From the NCBI GenBank assembly GCA_963693365.1, contig CAVNZM010000007.1:10537962-10601961 (forward strand): a DNA stretch of 64,000 nucleotides, written 5' to 3'. This stretch comes from Amoebidium appalachense. Its lineage: Eukaryota > Protista > Ichthyosporea. The notes below the pieces were generated by a model, which was not told the DNA's origin, made no database searches, and saw nothing but the letters and a program-made list of their open reading frames with translations. Position numbers and translations under genes: made by a program. Below, piece by piece: positions 31,665 to 44,085 of the stretch (its first letter is position 1; each line of letters opens with the position of its first letter).

Positions 31665-33976
31665 CTACCGAGGCACAGCAAGCAAGTCATCCTTTAAAAG
31701 AGCAATGCAGACCAAATCTAAGCTAAAAAACAATCCCAACGGGCCCGGCCCGGCCCCTAGATTTAACCCGGAGAAACTGCATCTAGCTCTCTGATAAGGT
31801 GGCCTAGTTGTGGTAGGACACACAGAAAAACACAATTACAGAATGCATGCAAGCTAGCAAACCCGGTCATTGCCAAACGACTGGAGGCTAAGGACTGGCA
31901 GTCACTTGGAAAGCTCCCCGACGACCAAGTAGCCGCCCCTCCACTCACACAGCGCAGAAGTAGCTGAAGAAGTTGCAGCAGCCCACCGCCAATAGATCGC
32001 GTAGAAGCGTAGACAGCGTGTAGAAGTTACCATAGGTTGCAGTGGACCACCAGGCGTTGAAGAAACCACCTCTCAAGCGAGAAACTCCGCGAAAGGGAGA
32101 TGCCCCCACACTCTCACTGCAGTAGGAATACACCAGGCCACACCACACACACGCTGCAGTCACGTTCCCCTGAGTGGGACTCCCTCCCACCACAAAAAGA
32201 AGAAACGAAAGCCTTTATATACCTTCCATGGTGAAGAATCGGGAAAAAAAGTTGATGTGACAGCTAAGCTTAAGAGATCGAAGTGAAAGTGAGGTAAAAC
32301 CCTCGATCCCCCCCCCCCCCCCCCCCCCCCCCTCGGCCCCCCCCCCCAAAGTCACTGTGTGTTGTTTTTTGGCGAAGAGTGCGCAGATCTGTGCTCTGAG
32401 TTAGTGGCCGGTTGCAAGCCAGGATCCGCCGGAAGTGGTCAGTCAATGAAGTCATGGCAAATCAGTGTGTCTGTCGCATCTGGCCCTATGATCACTCGTC
32501 AGCGTGCTCGTCAATGCCGAAGGTCCTGTGTTCCCGAGCTGTCGTTAGCAGTGCCCGCACGGTGGGTATCAACTAGCACTCTACCTCGCCTTATAGCCAT
32601 GAGCAACATCGACTGTCCCCACTTTAGCTGGACGCGCCCGATGCGCGTCTGCGTGCATGCGCATGCATTGACTTGTTGGATCCCGGAGCATCGCTGATTA
32701 TGTACGTTCAACCGTACACTTCAACGTTGCCTTGTTGGACATGAACTTCGATGGTGTGACAGCATGCGTTCATTCATGTCAGGGATAGTGTACGGTGTCA
32801 CTTGGAGCGTGGGGTACCGGATCACAGCTGGTAGGTACGCCCGACGTGTTTAATTTAATTGGTGGCGCGTGATGTGGGCGTCCCCCACTCTGCAAACACG
32901 TTCAATTGCAAGGCCTGCCTAGCGCCGCCATGATACACCTGCCCGGGAAGCCCGCCGGCGGAGGGGGCGATATAAAGAGAATGTACACATCAAGCATGTT
33001 CAGCAGCAGTTGTTGGGGTCGGGGGAGGAGGGGAGAGGGGCATGGATATCTATAAAGATTGACTGAGGAGCCTAATTAGAAGACAGTGGACTCCGAGGGA
33101 CTCAAGCTCTGAGGATTCGGAAAAGAGGGGGCCGTGGGCCCGAGAGGGGATGGGGGTGGGCGGGTGTGTATGGGGGAGGAGAAGGAGGAGGGGGAAGAGA
33201 AGCTGAAGAGGAAGGGGGGGCGCCGGGGGGGGGGGGGGGGGGGGGGGGGGGGATGGACTTGGATATGCAGAGGACGTCCCCAGCTAGTTGTAATCACGGG
33301 GTGTGTGTTACCGGGGGTGGGGAGGGGGGGGGGGGGGGGGGGGGGAGGCGTGCACGGGGGGGGGGGGAGGAGAGGGGGGAGGGGGGGCACTACTACACTG
33401 GTGTACCGGTGGGGGGGGGGGGGGGGGGAGGGGGGGGCTGTCCGGATATATATAGTTGAAGTTTACTATTCACAGCCTAAGTAGACCCGGCGGCGCTGGC
33501 TAAAAACTTTTGTAATAAAGCATCACCAAAAAGTTGGTTTTCCCTCAGAGTCTTTGTTATTTTTTCTCTTCTCTCTTCTCCTTTTTACCCCTTTTAGCTC
33601 CTCGTACATGACCATAAGCGGGAGCCTCTGGGGGCCGGGAGAAGGGGGGGGGGGGGGGGGGGGGGGGGGAGGGTTTAGAGTGCAGAACCCTCGTCGTCTA
33701 GAGTAGAGCACAGAAGTGATCGGTGGTTGTTGATATCGGTGTTTATTGACTAGTGATTGAATGAGTCCCGTCATTCCGGTTTATATACCTTCGTAGCTGA
33801 GAGAGCTACGATATAATTGGGTAACTCATAATCCAATCGGAACTAAGCTAAGTAATAAACCAATCAGATCACCTTCTAAGAACGTTCTGTACGGTTCAGG
33901 AATATGAATACATTGATCCGGATCTTGAATAGATCCCGGCGGTACGCTAGTGTATGCACACAAGTCACACTATCGT

Positions 33977-34007
<31 letters not shown>

Positions 34008-34661
34008 GAGGGGGGGGGGGGGGGGGGGGAGTGTTGGAGTACACTGGTACTCCCGGCTAGCAATGTCTGTTAGAGAAAGTTTCTGAGCAATTGAATAACT
34101 GTTTCAACACTCACTCGAGTGCATAGAGCTTTTGTTTACGGTCATATTCATATATGGTAGTTATATGTTTGAGCCAAAACTGTACCAATGACGAGCTTCA
34201 CTAGCAACGTGCTAATTGTGCTCTCTTTTCGGCTATTCCCGGTTCAGATGATGTCATGTCTATATTTGCCACAGGATTCTATTCTTAGAGTGGTAGTGTG
34301 CTTTATTCCCGGATATTCTCAGAATATTTTTAGTTGTGTGAAGCAAGATTTACGTTTAACTGCAATTGGTGTGTTAAACACGTTTATTTGTGTGCTTTAG
34401 TGCAAGTTAACTAGCCACTCAACGTGCACAGTTAACTTTTATATCTTTAACGACTTGTTTTCATTGTGCTCTCTTTTCGGCCATGCTGTACATGGCCCAC
34501 CACCAGGGTGCACACGAGGCCACCATGAGGTGGCCAACGACTATATAAAGCAGTGCCTCCCATGTCACAAACATGGGAAGCAGAACGTTTGATTTACACT
34601 TTTCTACTGTCGTTTTCAGTGCACAAAACACATAGACAAGTTACCCATCATACACGACACT

Positions 34662-35005
34662 ATGTCACAGTTGCAGCAACTAGTCCAACTACTGGAGCAG
34701 AGGTTGGCCTCACAAGATGCAATCATTTCTGACTTACAGAAGGAACAACGTGCACTAGAACTAGCTTCTATGAACACAATGTCCAACAGGGAGGGGGGGG
34801 GGGGGGGGGGGGGGGGGAGGGGACAAGTCCAGTCTTTAAGAGAGTCTGATAGTAACCGGTCCTTGAAGGGGCAACAACCTGGCAGCCGCAATGACCTATC
34901 ATAGCGGCTTAAAACTCATTGCCGCAAGTGTAGCAAGCAGAAGAAAGTGTAACTTCACGAGTCAAACCAACCAATGGCCATCCGATTGCTTCAACAATTT
35001 ATAAG
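34662..35005 (+). other. Small coiled-coil ORF followed by a broken Cys motif (possible gag-like relic)
   Basis: MSQLQQLVQLLEQRLASQDAIISDLQKEQRALEL heptad pattern; after the TAG, HCRKC and (in a shifted frame) QWPSDC; TATATAAA at ~34542. Confidence 0.3.
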
Positions 35006-35093
35006 ATACGGAGGGACAGAATTGTGAACCGGTAGGCCGGGCTGTCTCAGTCTTGCACTGAGTCACTTGACTACCGTGCAATCCCATCGGCTG

Positions 35094-36574
35094 CTAAGCA
35101 CTAATGGTAGCCGTTGCCGTGGCCTGCACTGTGCCAGTAGCCGTGATGGTGGCCACGGTGTTGCTGGGCTTGGTGCTGGCTGGCTGCATGGACTCTGGCT
35201 GCGGGTAGACGAGGGAGTGAGAGGGGGTGAGCATGAGAGTGGATGCACCCGCAGGGCTGGCACTGCCGGGGGAGGGGCTGGGGGACGACATGGGTGCCTC
35301 TGTGGGTGGTGGGGTGGTCGTCAGTCCAACGAGATATGTCTATTGGGTGGCACGTTCGTTCTTTATAATTAAACCAACCACCGCATCTCCCATTTTAGAC
35401 AAAATCGAGGTTGATCCGATCGAGGATTCCAAATTGCCCTGGCGCCGCCTAAGAAATTATCGAACTTATCAAACGATCGAGGGAGTGACGTCATTCTGGG
35501 CACACTTTTCCCAGAATGACGCCATTCCCTCGATCGCTTGATAAGTTCGATAATTTCTTTGGCAGCGCCAGGGCAATTTGGAATCCTCGATCGGATCAAC
35601 CTCGATTTTGTCTGAAATGGGAGATGCGGTGGTTGGTTTAATATGTGCTGTCATATACCGTGGTTGTGTGATGGGGTAGTTGATGGTGAAAGGGCATGCG
35701 CAGAAGTTATGCGAGGAATGAATAATCTCGGGGGTGAAGGTGAAGGGTGCGAGCGTGTAGTGCTTTTGCACTGAGTTGGACAGTTACCATACTATAGGGG
35801 GGTTACTAAGTATGCCAGACACGGAATTTATCCTCAAAACTCCCGTGTATACATTGGTGTTTGAAACCGAGGAAAAAGGATTCACTGCCATGCTACTGTA
35901 ACATGGGCTTCTAATGTGGTTGTAGTGGGTGTACGTACGTGTCTGCTGGCCGAGGGGGCCCCACTGAAGGGGACGGTGGTGGTGGCCCCAGGCATGTTCA
36001 CGTGATTGGTCACTTGCGGCCCAATCACAACTGTCGCCTGCCCGGACATAGCGGTGGCTGTGAGTGCGAGCAGATGTAAGTGAAATATTTAGCGAGAAAA
36101 AAAAAGACCGTGAATTGGTGACCGATTAGACTGTGTGCATACTTGTATGCAGTGTCCACTGTGCGACAGCAAACTTTCTTCTCGTATCTTTTGCCGAATT
36201 ATATTAATCCACGTGTCTGGGTTCTGCAAGTGGCGATAGTCTTTCATGTCTGGTGCAGCTCCTGTACAGCCGCATGGTAATGGCCACCAAGAACTAGCCC
36301 TGAATATGACCGGGAGGAAAAAAGCCAATCACTCGAAATAACAAATTGCCCCCCGGGAAGTGGTGGTGGTGGTGGTGGCGGTGGTTGGGGGGGGGGGGGG
36401 TTTGGGGGGGGGGGGAGGTTGGAGGGCTGCAGAATTATTAACGCACTTCAAGCTACATCTGGGCGATTGTGCGTGCATGTGCTTGCACACATCATACTGA
36501 TAATATGATAGTACCAGTTGCGGTATTAATCATTGCCGCACCTTTTCTTTCTATGGACGTGTGATTAGTTTTGA

Positions 36575-36613
<39 letters not shown>

Positions 36614-36831
36614 ACCCACACACACACACATGCACACACCCGCACCCTCCTCCACCCCCTCCCACTCCCACAGTTACACCCCCCCCCCCCACCCTCCCTT
36701 CTCCCTCTCCCCTTCCCCCCCTTCCCCCCGGCCCTATCTTTTCCCCTTTTTTTTCCCTACCGCTTCTGCCCCCCCCCTCCCCCCCCTCCCCCCCTCCCCC
36801 CCCTCCCCCCCCCCTCCCCCCCCTTCCCCCC

Positions 36832-36872
<41 letters not shown>

Positions 36873-38015
36873 AAAAGAAGAGAGAAGGAATGGGCTCAGG
36901 TGATGGGGGATGCCGGTGGGGATGGGGATGGTGGTGGTGGCCTGGTGTTGGGGTGCACGCTGGGGGGAGGGGGAGAAGGGGGGAAGAGGAGTGGCGGGGG
37001 GGGGGGGGGGGGGGGGGAGGGTGGGGGGGGAGAGCAGACATACCGATTGCGATGGCCAGCTTTGTCACGGTGCCATACTTGGTGACGGTGGCTGTATACG
37101 TAAGGGCAGGCATCTGCGTGCCTGCAGGTAGTGTGGTTAAAGTGGGTGAGACGGATGAGTGCAATTTCAGATGTGTGCTCACGTGGCATGCAGCACACGG
37201 CCAGGTGCATCCGCAGCTCACATAAAGAAATGGAAAATGTTGGGGGCGCCGGCGGGACTTTCCTAACGAATTAAGTTCGCCAAATTATGATAAGTTCAGA
37301 TAACAGATGAATAATTACTACTATAGTCAGGCTGGCATGCCCCCTCCCCATCCCCCCCCCCCCCCCCTCCCCTCCCCCCATCCCCCTTCGCGCGCACGCG
37401 TGCAGACACACACAGACACATAATTCGTTAGCTGATTGAATTCTAAAGGACACAAACACGTGTGCGGTTTACGCTGTTTACACGTGTGTGCGCACATACT
37501 CAAGAACATACACACCTATACGCACGCGTGTGCTACTGCGCGCGCACACACACCGTAACTCCTGTGTACAAGCGTACAGGCACGCACACATGAGCGCAAG
37601 CACACGGGTAAGCGCACACACACAACACATGTTCACGCTAGCATGCATCCACACGGTGCACTATGATTCCTCTCCATCACCGCCATAACTCATTTCTTTT
37701 CTCAAGGCACTATCCTTTCATTCAGCTAAGCCCCTGAGACTCTGGGTATATTAAGCATTAAACATCGGTCATTTTGGCTGGCACTTATTATGACGCCACA
37801 TGGCATGGTCATCCTTGTGTTGAGTAAACCCCCCCCCCCCCCCCCCCCCTCCCTCTCTCGCGCGCACGCATTTCGCATTTGGCCTCCCCATCCCCTCTCT
37901 CGGAAAAAAAGGAAAAAAAAACCTCGGGCCACAGTAAATCCCTCCCCCTAAAACAGACGTCGCACAAGGATGTGTAGACACACCCGAGCAATACCATAGC
38001 CCACAGCAGTCCATC

Positions 38016-38050
<35 letters not shown>

Positions 38051-38318
38051 CCACCTACCGCCCCACATTCCCCCTCTGCCCCCCCCCCCCCCCACCCAAA
38101 AAAAAAAAAACAAAAAAAAAACACAACACCGTAGCGCGTACACACAGCACTCACTGCCACCGTAGCCGGGGGTCTGCTGGGCCTCAGCCAGGGCCATGTC
38201 CACGTCCACAGCCTCCCGTTGCAGCGCCGCCGCCTGGGGCCCTCCCCACGACCACGTGACGGGCGTAGACGTGCCCACGGCCAGCAGCGCAGACAAAAAA
38301 CAAAAAGGGCACGGCCAT
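35094..38318 (-). CDS. Unknown secreted Thr/Pro/Ser-rich protein, paralogue B
   Basis: Exons 38318-38155 (almost identical to exon 1 of A, with one extra T in a T-run), 37121-37044 (TQMPALTYTATVTKYG), 36057-35939 (ATAMSGQATVVIGP) and 35339-35094 (PPPTEAPMSS...TVATITATGTVQATATATISA*). The single-base homopolymer indels may be errors or real lesions. Confidence 0.72.
35368..35642. mobile_element. Foldback/MITE-like near-perfect palindrome in an intron of paralogue B
   Basis: ~133-bp arms (ttaaaccaaccaccgcatctccc... / ...gggagatgcggtggttggtttaa), 9-nt loop cacactttt, TTAA at both ends. Confidence 0.8.
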
Positions 38319-39243
38319 GGCGGGGGTGGGAGAGAGAAGGGAGAGGGTGAGGTGTGGGTGGCGGGTAATACTGTGGGGTGTGTGTGTGTTGTACCCAGGT
38401 GAAGTATGAGAACGTCGGGTATGATGTGGCCTTCTGTGTGCCCTTTTGCAGTGTTGATGTTCAGTTCTAATAGCTTTGTAAACTTTGATAGTGTTTTTTC
38501 ACTGTTTTATCGTGCAAACTTTTCCATGCTGACATGCTGGAATTCTTACACAGTACCAGAAGGCTGTGGGGGTTGGCTTGTGAGCAGCCAATAGGAGTCC
38601 AGGAACTAAAAGTAGACAAATGTAGTTAAATTACACACCATCCAATTGGTTAAAATATGCCCCATCTTTTGGGGCATCCAATCATCAGTACATTCCAAAA
38701 CTCCGACAGCTCCCGGTTCCCGTGGCAGGTTAAAGCATGCCTGGTGTCATGCATTAGCAATTTGATTGGGCGGCTGTTACATACTGTATGCACGTGTCAC
38801 ATTCAACGGTCACGTAAATGGTGCCTGGCAGAAACCCGACCAGGTGTATGACCAAGCATCGGATTCAGCTTTGAATTATAGAACTATCACATTGTTTACC
38901 CTGCTCACGTGATAGCATATGTGCTATTAGACAACGGTGGCGACGAATGCAGGTCACAGAAACCACCGCAAATACATATACTACTTATTAACAGTGCACC
39001 ATATGTATGCACACCATGCATTAAAGCCAGAAATGGAAAAACGATGATATTTGTTGCTTGCATAGTGATCGTGCGTGCGTGCGTGTTTGTGGTGCGTTTT
39101 TTATTTTTATTTTTTATTTTATTTTTATTTTTATTTATTTATTTATTTTTTTTTGGGGGGGGGGGGGGGGGAGGGCGCGCTTTCAAAAGACGCATGATGA
39201 AGACCACTTTCTGTGTCCTGATTGAATTCCCAATACTATAAGG

Positions 39244-39375
<132 letters not shown>

Positions 39376-39450
39376 GTGCGCTCGCCTTGTGTGTATCACT
39401 TAGTATCTGTGGGCGCGCGCTTCTGTGTATGTGTGTGTGTGTGTGTATGT

Positions 39451-39481
<31 letters not shown>

Positions 39482-40229
39482 GGAGGGGGAGGGGAGTGTT
39501 GGGGGGGGGGGGGGGGGGGGGGGAGGGGTGTTACTGAATGATCATTTACAAACTCTCAAATGGGTAAATTGAAATACCATTGAATTTCCCGGGTGTCTGT
39601 CAGTGACACAGGAAGTTTTAAATCATGATCACATTTACTACATACTGTTACAGGGGCGACACCGGTGCTTATGCACCAGACACTTTGGCATTGCTCAATG
39701 TAGACGTGGCCAACCAAATCAGGCCCTCAATAACTATATATGTGCAAGTTGGAGCGGCCGGAGTTTAAACGCGTAGACTTGTATTGCTAATCATGTTTGC
39801 GTACCGCCACGGTAATGGCATTTCGGATACTAAATTAAGACTTAAATTCTATGAGGCCGCAATAAACTGTGAAATGGGACCGGTACAAACTTGCAATTGG
39901 GTACTAGTACTGTGTCCGGCTTCCAATGATTACGCTAATGTTAAAATTTTGGGGCTATTTAAAAACTTTCCCCACCATCAAACCAACGGTTGTACTTCAT
40001 AAGCACTAAGTTAGGGCCCAACCCTTTTTGAAAACTTTCATCCACATCTCACGTCTTTAAGCATCAATAGAGTCTACTCTTTCATAAATCGTCTCACCCT
40101 ATTCACATTTTTTAAGATTCAGGCCAATGAGCAACTTAATGCCTGAATGGTACGCCATACAGTATGTATATGCATATAATTAACTATGATAATAATGCCG
40201 CAATTGCAGTACATGTAGACTTGCCAAAT

Positions 40230-40262
<33 letters not shown>

Positions 40263-40300
40263 TTCTCCCAGCTGTACACCCCTTCCCTTCATCCTATTAT

Positions 40301-41122
40301 TTACTGGCTGAAACAATGGAATACGTAATGCCGAGACTGCTCCGGCGGGCCTCTATTTGCCGTGTATATGACGGACGCCATCCCCACCACCACCTCCAGC
40401 AGCATGGGGGGTGCAGCAATCACAAACCCACGCAGGTACCCGCCCACCTCTGAAGGGTTATGCCAGTATGCGGTGACCAGGCACACCATGGACACACAAA
40501 GAGACACCAAGCCACACGGCACCAACCATTCCTGGGGCCGGCTCAAATCCAGGCCCTGTGGTGACGTCATATAGTACACCAGGGCCAGCGAGTAGGGCAG
40601 CTGGGCTAGCAGGGCGCCGTGTCTACGCACAAACACAACAAGGGCATCTGCATACAACCCAATAGCATCGTTGGTGGGTCGACCCTGACCGTAGTGTAGG
40701 CGGAAGACGGTAAAGCGGAGCAAAAACACAAGAGCTAGAGTGGTGGCGAGTGATTGTGGCGCCCATGCAACAATGGCGGGGCCACGGTGTAGTGATGGGT
40801 TGAGGGCGGCAAAAGAAAGATAGAACGGGTGGAAGACGGCGGCACAGGCCTGCAAGCACACCCACAGAAATGAACAGCAATTGGACCAAACAGTATTCGG
40901 GGCACTTTCGCCGAGTTCTTCGGTGTTGCAGCCCTCTTTCTTACAAAGCATGTGCACACCGTATTCCCATCCACACGAGCAGGGCGTGTCTGTCTCGACG
41001 TATTTGACGGATGGCAGCTTGTCGCCGTGTAATGAAAGGTCAAGCGTGAAATAGGCTGGTGGGGCTAACTCTGTGGCCTTGGGGAGGGCATGCGCACCAG
41101 GAGCTTTGCAAATGGTTGACAT
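40301..41122 (-). CDS. Unknown intronless multi-pass membrane protein (273 aa)
   Basis: Long ORF in non-repetitive sequence from ATG 41122 (MSTICKAPG). Cys-rich N-terminal part (CSCGWEYGVHMLC, CC) followed by several hydrophobic stretches. Confidence 0.65.
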   Translation of the reverse strand: MSTICKAPGAHALPKATELAPPAYFTLDLSLHGDKLPSVKYVETDTPCSCGWEYGVHMLCKKEGCNTEELGESAPNTVWSNCCSFLWVCLQACAAVFHPFYLSFAALNPSLHRGPAIVAWAPQSLATTLALVFLLRFTVFRLHYGQGRPTNDAIGLYADALVVFVRRHGALLAQLPYSLALVYYMTSPQGLDLSRPQEWLVPCGLVSLCVSMVCLVTAYWHNPSEVGGYLRGFVIAAPPMLLEVVVGMASVIYTANRGPPEQSRHYVFHCFSQ

Positions 41123-44085
41123 GGTGAATGGTGGAATGGGTGGATCTAGTGAATAATGCCGAGCAAGATGACGTGTCAATAATTGAACTCGTAGTGCTTG
41201 GCAAACAGGAGCCAGAGTGTGGAATATTGGGCTTGTGGTGATGTAAAAAAATTTTAACTTCAGATCTTCCTCGCTGTACGTGTGCTCGCAATGACTAAAG
41301 CATGTGCGTGGCCTGGGACTTGTGGTCCGATGATGTGGGTCAGTAAAGGCAAAGGTAAGCTGACTTTGACGCACAACTAAGTTCAGTGGTAGGGTAAAGG
41401 GCAGCACACAGTGTGGTGTGGGGGAAAACACATGCTAGTATTAGACAGTTTGAAGTAGATACAAGGGAAAACTGAGGCTTATGTACTGACTGAGGCGCCT
41501 GCGCGGGGGTCCAGCGGCGTCGAGGGGATATATTTTGGGTTGGCATCGTTTGCCCGCACGCGCTATTGAGCTAAATTTTTTGTGACGTCACACGGTGCCT
41601 TTAGTGCATGGTTACTTAGTTGCAGGGATTGGTCCGCTTCAGGTTACTCTTTGTTTTATAGAAATTAAAAGTAGACTTGAACTAAAAGTTTGGCTCAAGG
41701 TCAGGTACGTCTTTGACAGATCTGAGTCTCGACCTCTGTCTCGACCACGCGCGCGCGCGCGGCCTCTCTCATACAGATAAATCTATCCCAAAACGTTTTG
41801 GCCAGTATCCTTTGTGTATCTCAAATGTATCTTACATCAAGGCCTGATGTCATCCTGCATTATATCTCTGTATCAATCCATCAGTTATCTGTTTATGTTT
41901 ACAACTTGAAGGCAGCGGCCGAATCATGACGCGGATAGTTTTACATTTGACATTCTAAAGTAGTGCAGCATTGGACTATGTAATGTTCCTTGCCGATTTA
42001 CGGTGGTTTTTCTTACCTTTACTTTCATATTCTATTACAAAATTATTACCCATATATTCATAATAGTATTTCTTAAATTTGTTATTTCATATGCTTCAAA
42101 TTGTGAACCGTATCGCCATCATTTCTTATAAATAGTATAAGGCACCCCCTGGCTTGGAAATGGCGGTAAGTATAAGGTTTGCCGTGGATAAAGCTTGGCC
42201 AGACGCTATATCAATGATGTCAATGTACTGTATTTGCAATGTCCTCGGCACTAATAGTGATTATATTTCGTTTTTTTTACTTTAGCTTTTTATTATAAGT
42301 CCCTTTCCCCTTTTTTTTCTTTGTTGTTTTGTTTTTATTTTCTATTTTTTTCTTTCTCTTTTTCTTCTTTTTGCTATTGAATGTGCGGTGTATAAGGCCG
42401 GCCCGCGAGGGCCGGACCGGACAGGCTACATTATAGTACAGGCCGTGACAGGCAAATACCGTAGGGGGCGGGGGCTGATGACCATTCGTGACGTCATCAC
42501 TGTGAGGCACAACACATGTACGTGTGGGCTGGATGTACGTTTGTAAACTTGGGGAAGACAGCTGTAATGTTGTGAAAGCATGTAAACGTGATAATAAATT
42601 ATATCATATGATTTTTCGGAGACAGGCGTTTGCTTGCAGAACTTTACAGGCTCCAAAAATCAGATGATCTGAGCTTCGAGCATAGCGTGTACAGCGCTGC
42701 AATGGGGCTCTAAATTCATATCGAGGGAGACTAATAGATCTAACCAATCAACTCACGTATGCCTTGCTGAGGAATGTGCGTGGGCGTGGTCAACATTGAT
42801 GGTCATCAAACAATATTAATAACTTTGGCGTCGTTTGTAGTACAGAAGAGTAATACTTGGAAGAAAAAATGGTATTGCAGCAATAAATACAGCACATTTG
42901 GAGTAGTAACAATTTGGTTCCATGGATAATGCTCGAAAAATTGAGAACCTGAAAATGCGCTGCCTCATGATGCAAGCTTCCAGCCTTTGATTTTTCAGAT
43001 CCAAAAATGTACCACAGAGAGACACAAGACACAAGGTGGCAACCGTTTTCTCAGACCACACGAAGTCATATAAACGTTCTATTGATACAATTTTAGAGCT
43101 TTTAAAACCGCTTAAGCTACTTGGCTTGGCTGGTTCCACTACTAAAATACTTACCGTAAACCGGAAAAATTACCACAAGCGCCAGAGAACTGGGGACTAT
43201 CAAGCGAATGCAAAGGGGTGTTGGAGAGGCATGGCCAGGATTTGATCAGGCTCAAACAAAGAGCTGTTACGGTGTTTATACATACCTACATACATAAATA
43301 CACGCATAGGTGCAGGCAAAAACGTAAGTGTCCCTGCTACATGTATTCAAAAGTAGTAAGAGACCTACGGCTGCACTTTTTCGACCAATTGGCAAGCGGA
43401 TTGGCAATCGTGGAATGTGCCGGGCATGGCGCCGCGATTGGCCCTGGCTGCCCGTTGCAAATGATCGCATCGATCATTTGATCTGGCCAACTTGAAAAAA
43501 GTAATTATAAAACTTTTAAAAAATAGGAATAATGCTCATGATTGCCTTTTTCTTTGTGTATACAATGCACACGTGTCACATCCTCCCACTGCCTCAAGTC
43601 TACAACCCTTCCCCCACTGCTTTTTTCGAGCTGACAACCTTAAGCTTGCGAGAGGAGCGAGAGCTCGAGGACGACCTTACTACAGTAACTCCCATACGGC
43701 ACCACGTGCACCTGCTATCCCCACGTTACAACTAACCATCCCCCCCCCCCCCCCCCCCCCCCCCCCCACCCCCCCCCCCCCCCCCCCCAACTTGACTCTT
43801 GAAAAAAGAAATCACGGTAATCACGGATTTCAGCATGCAATGGTATCACACACGCGCCTATCCCCTCAAACCCTCGTCCCCCCTCTTCCCTCCCTCCCTC
43901 CCCCCCCCCCACCCACCCACCCACCCCACACGCACACACACGTGGCACTATAACGTCAACACGACACATACACATACACACACACAAAAAAAAAAAAAAA
44001 GAAAGAAAGAAAGAAACTTTTAGAGAAAGAAAAAAGGTGCACACGCACACACACAATAGTACATGTTCTGCTGCTAGTCTAAGAT

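Noticed and set aside
41805-41813. GTATCCTTT, a perfect U12-type 5' splice-site motif
   Set aside because: Not at an exon boundary of any model and no clear TCCTTAAC branch site; a single 9-mer is plausible by chance in 64 kb
42390-43500. Possible non-autonomous DNA transposon and short ORFs
   Set aside because: Could not identify terminal inverted repeats, a TSD or transposase motifs
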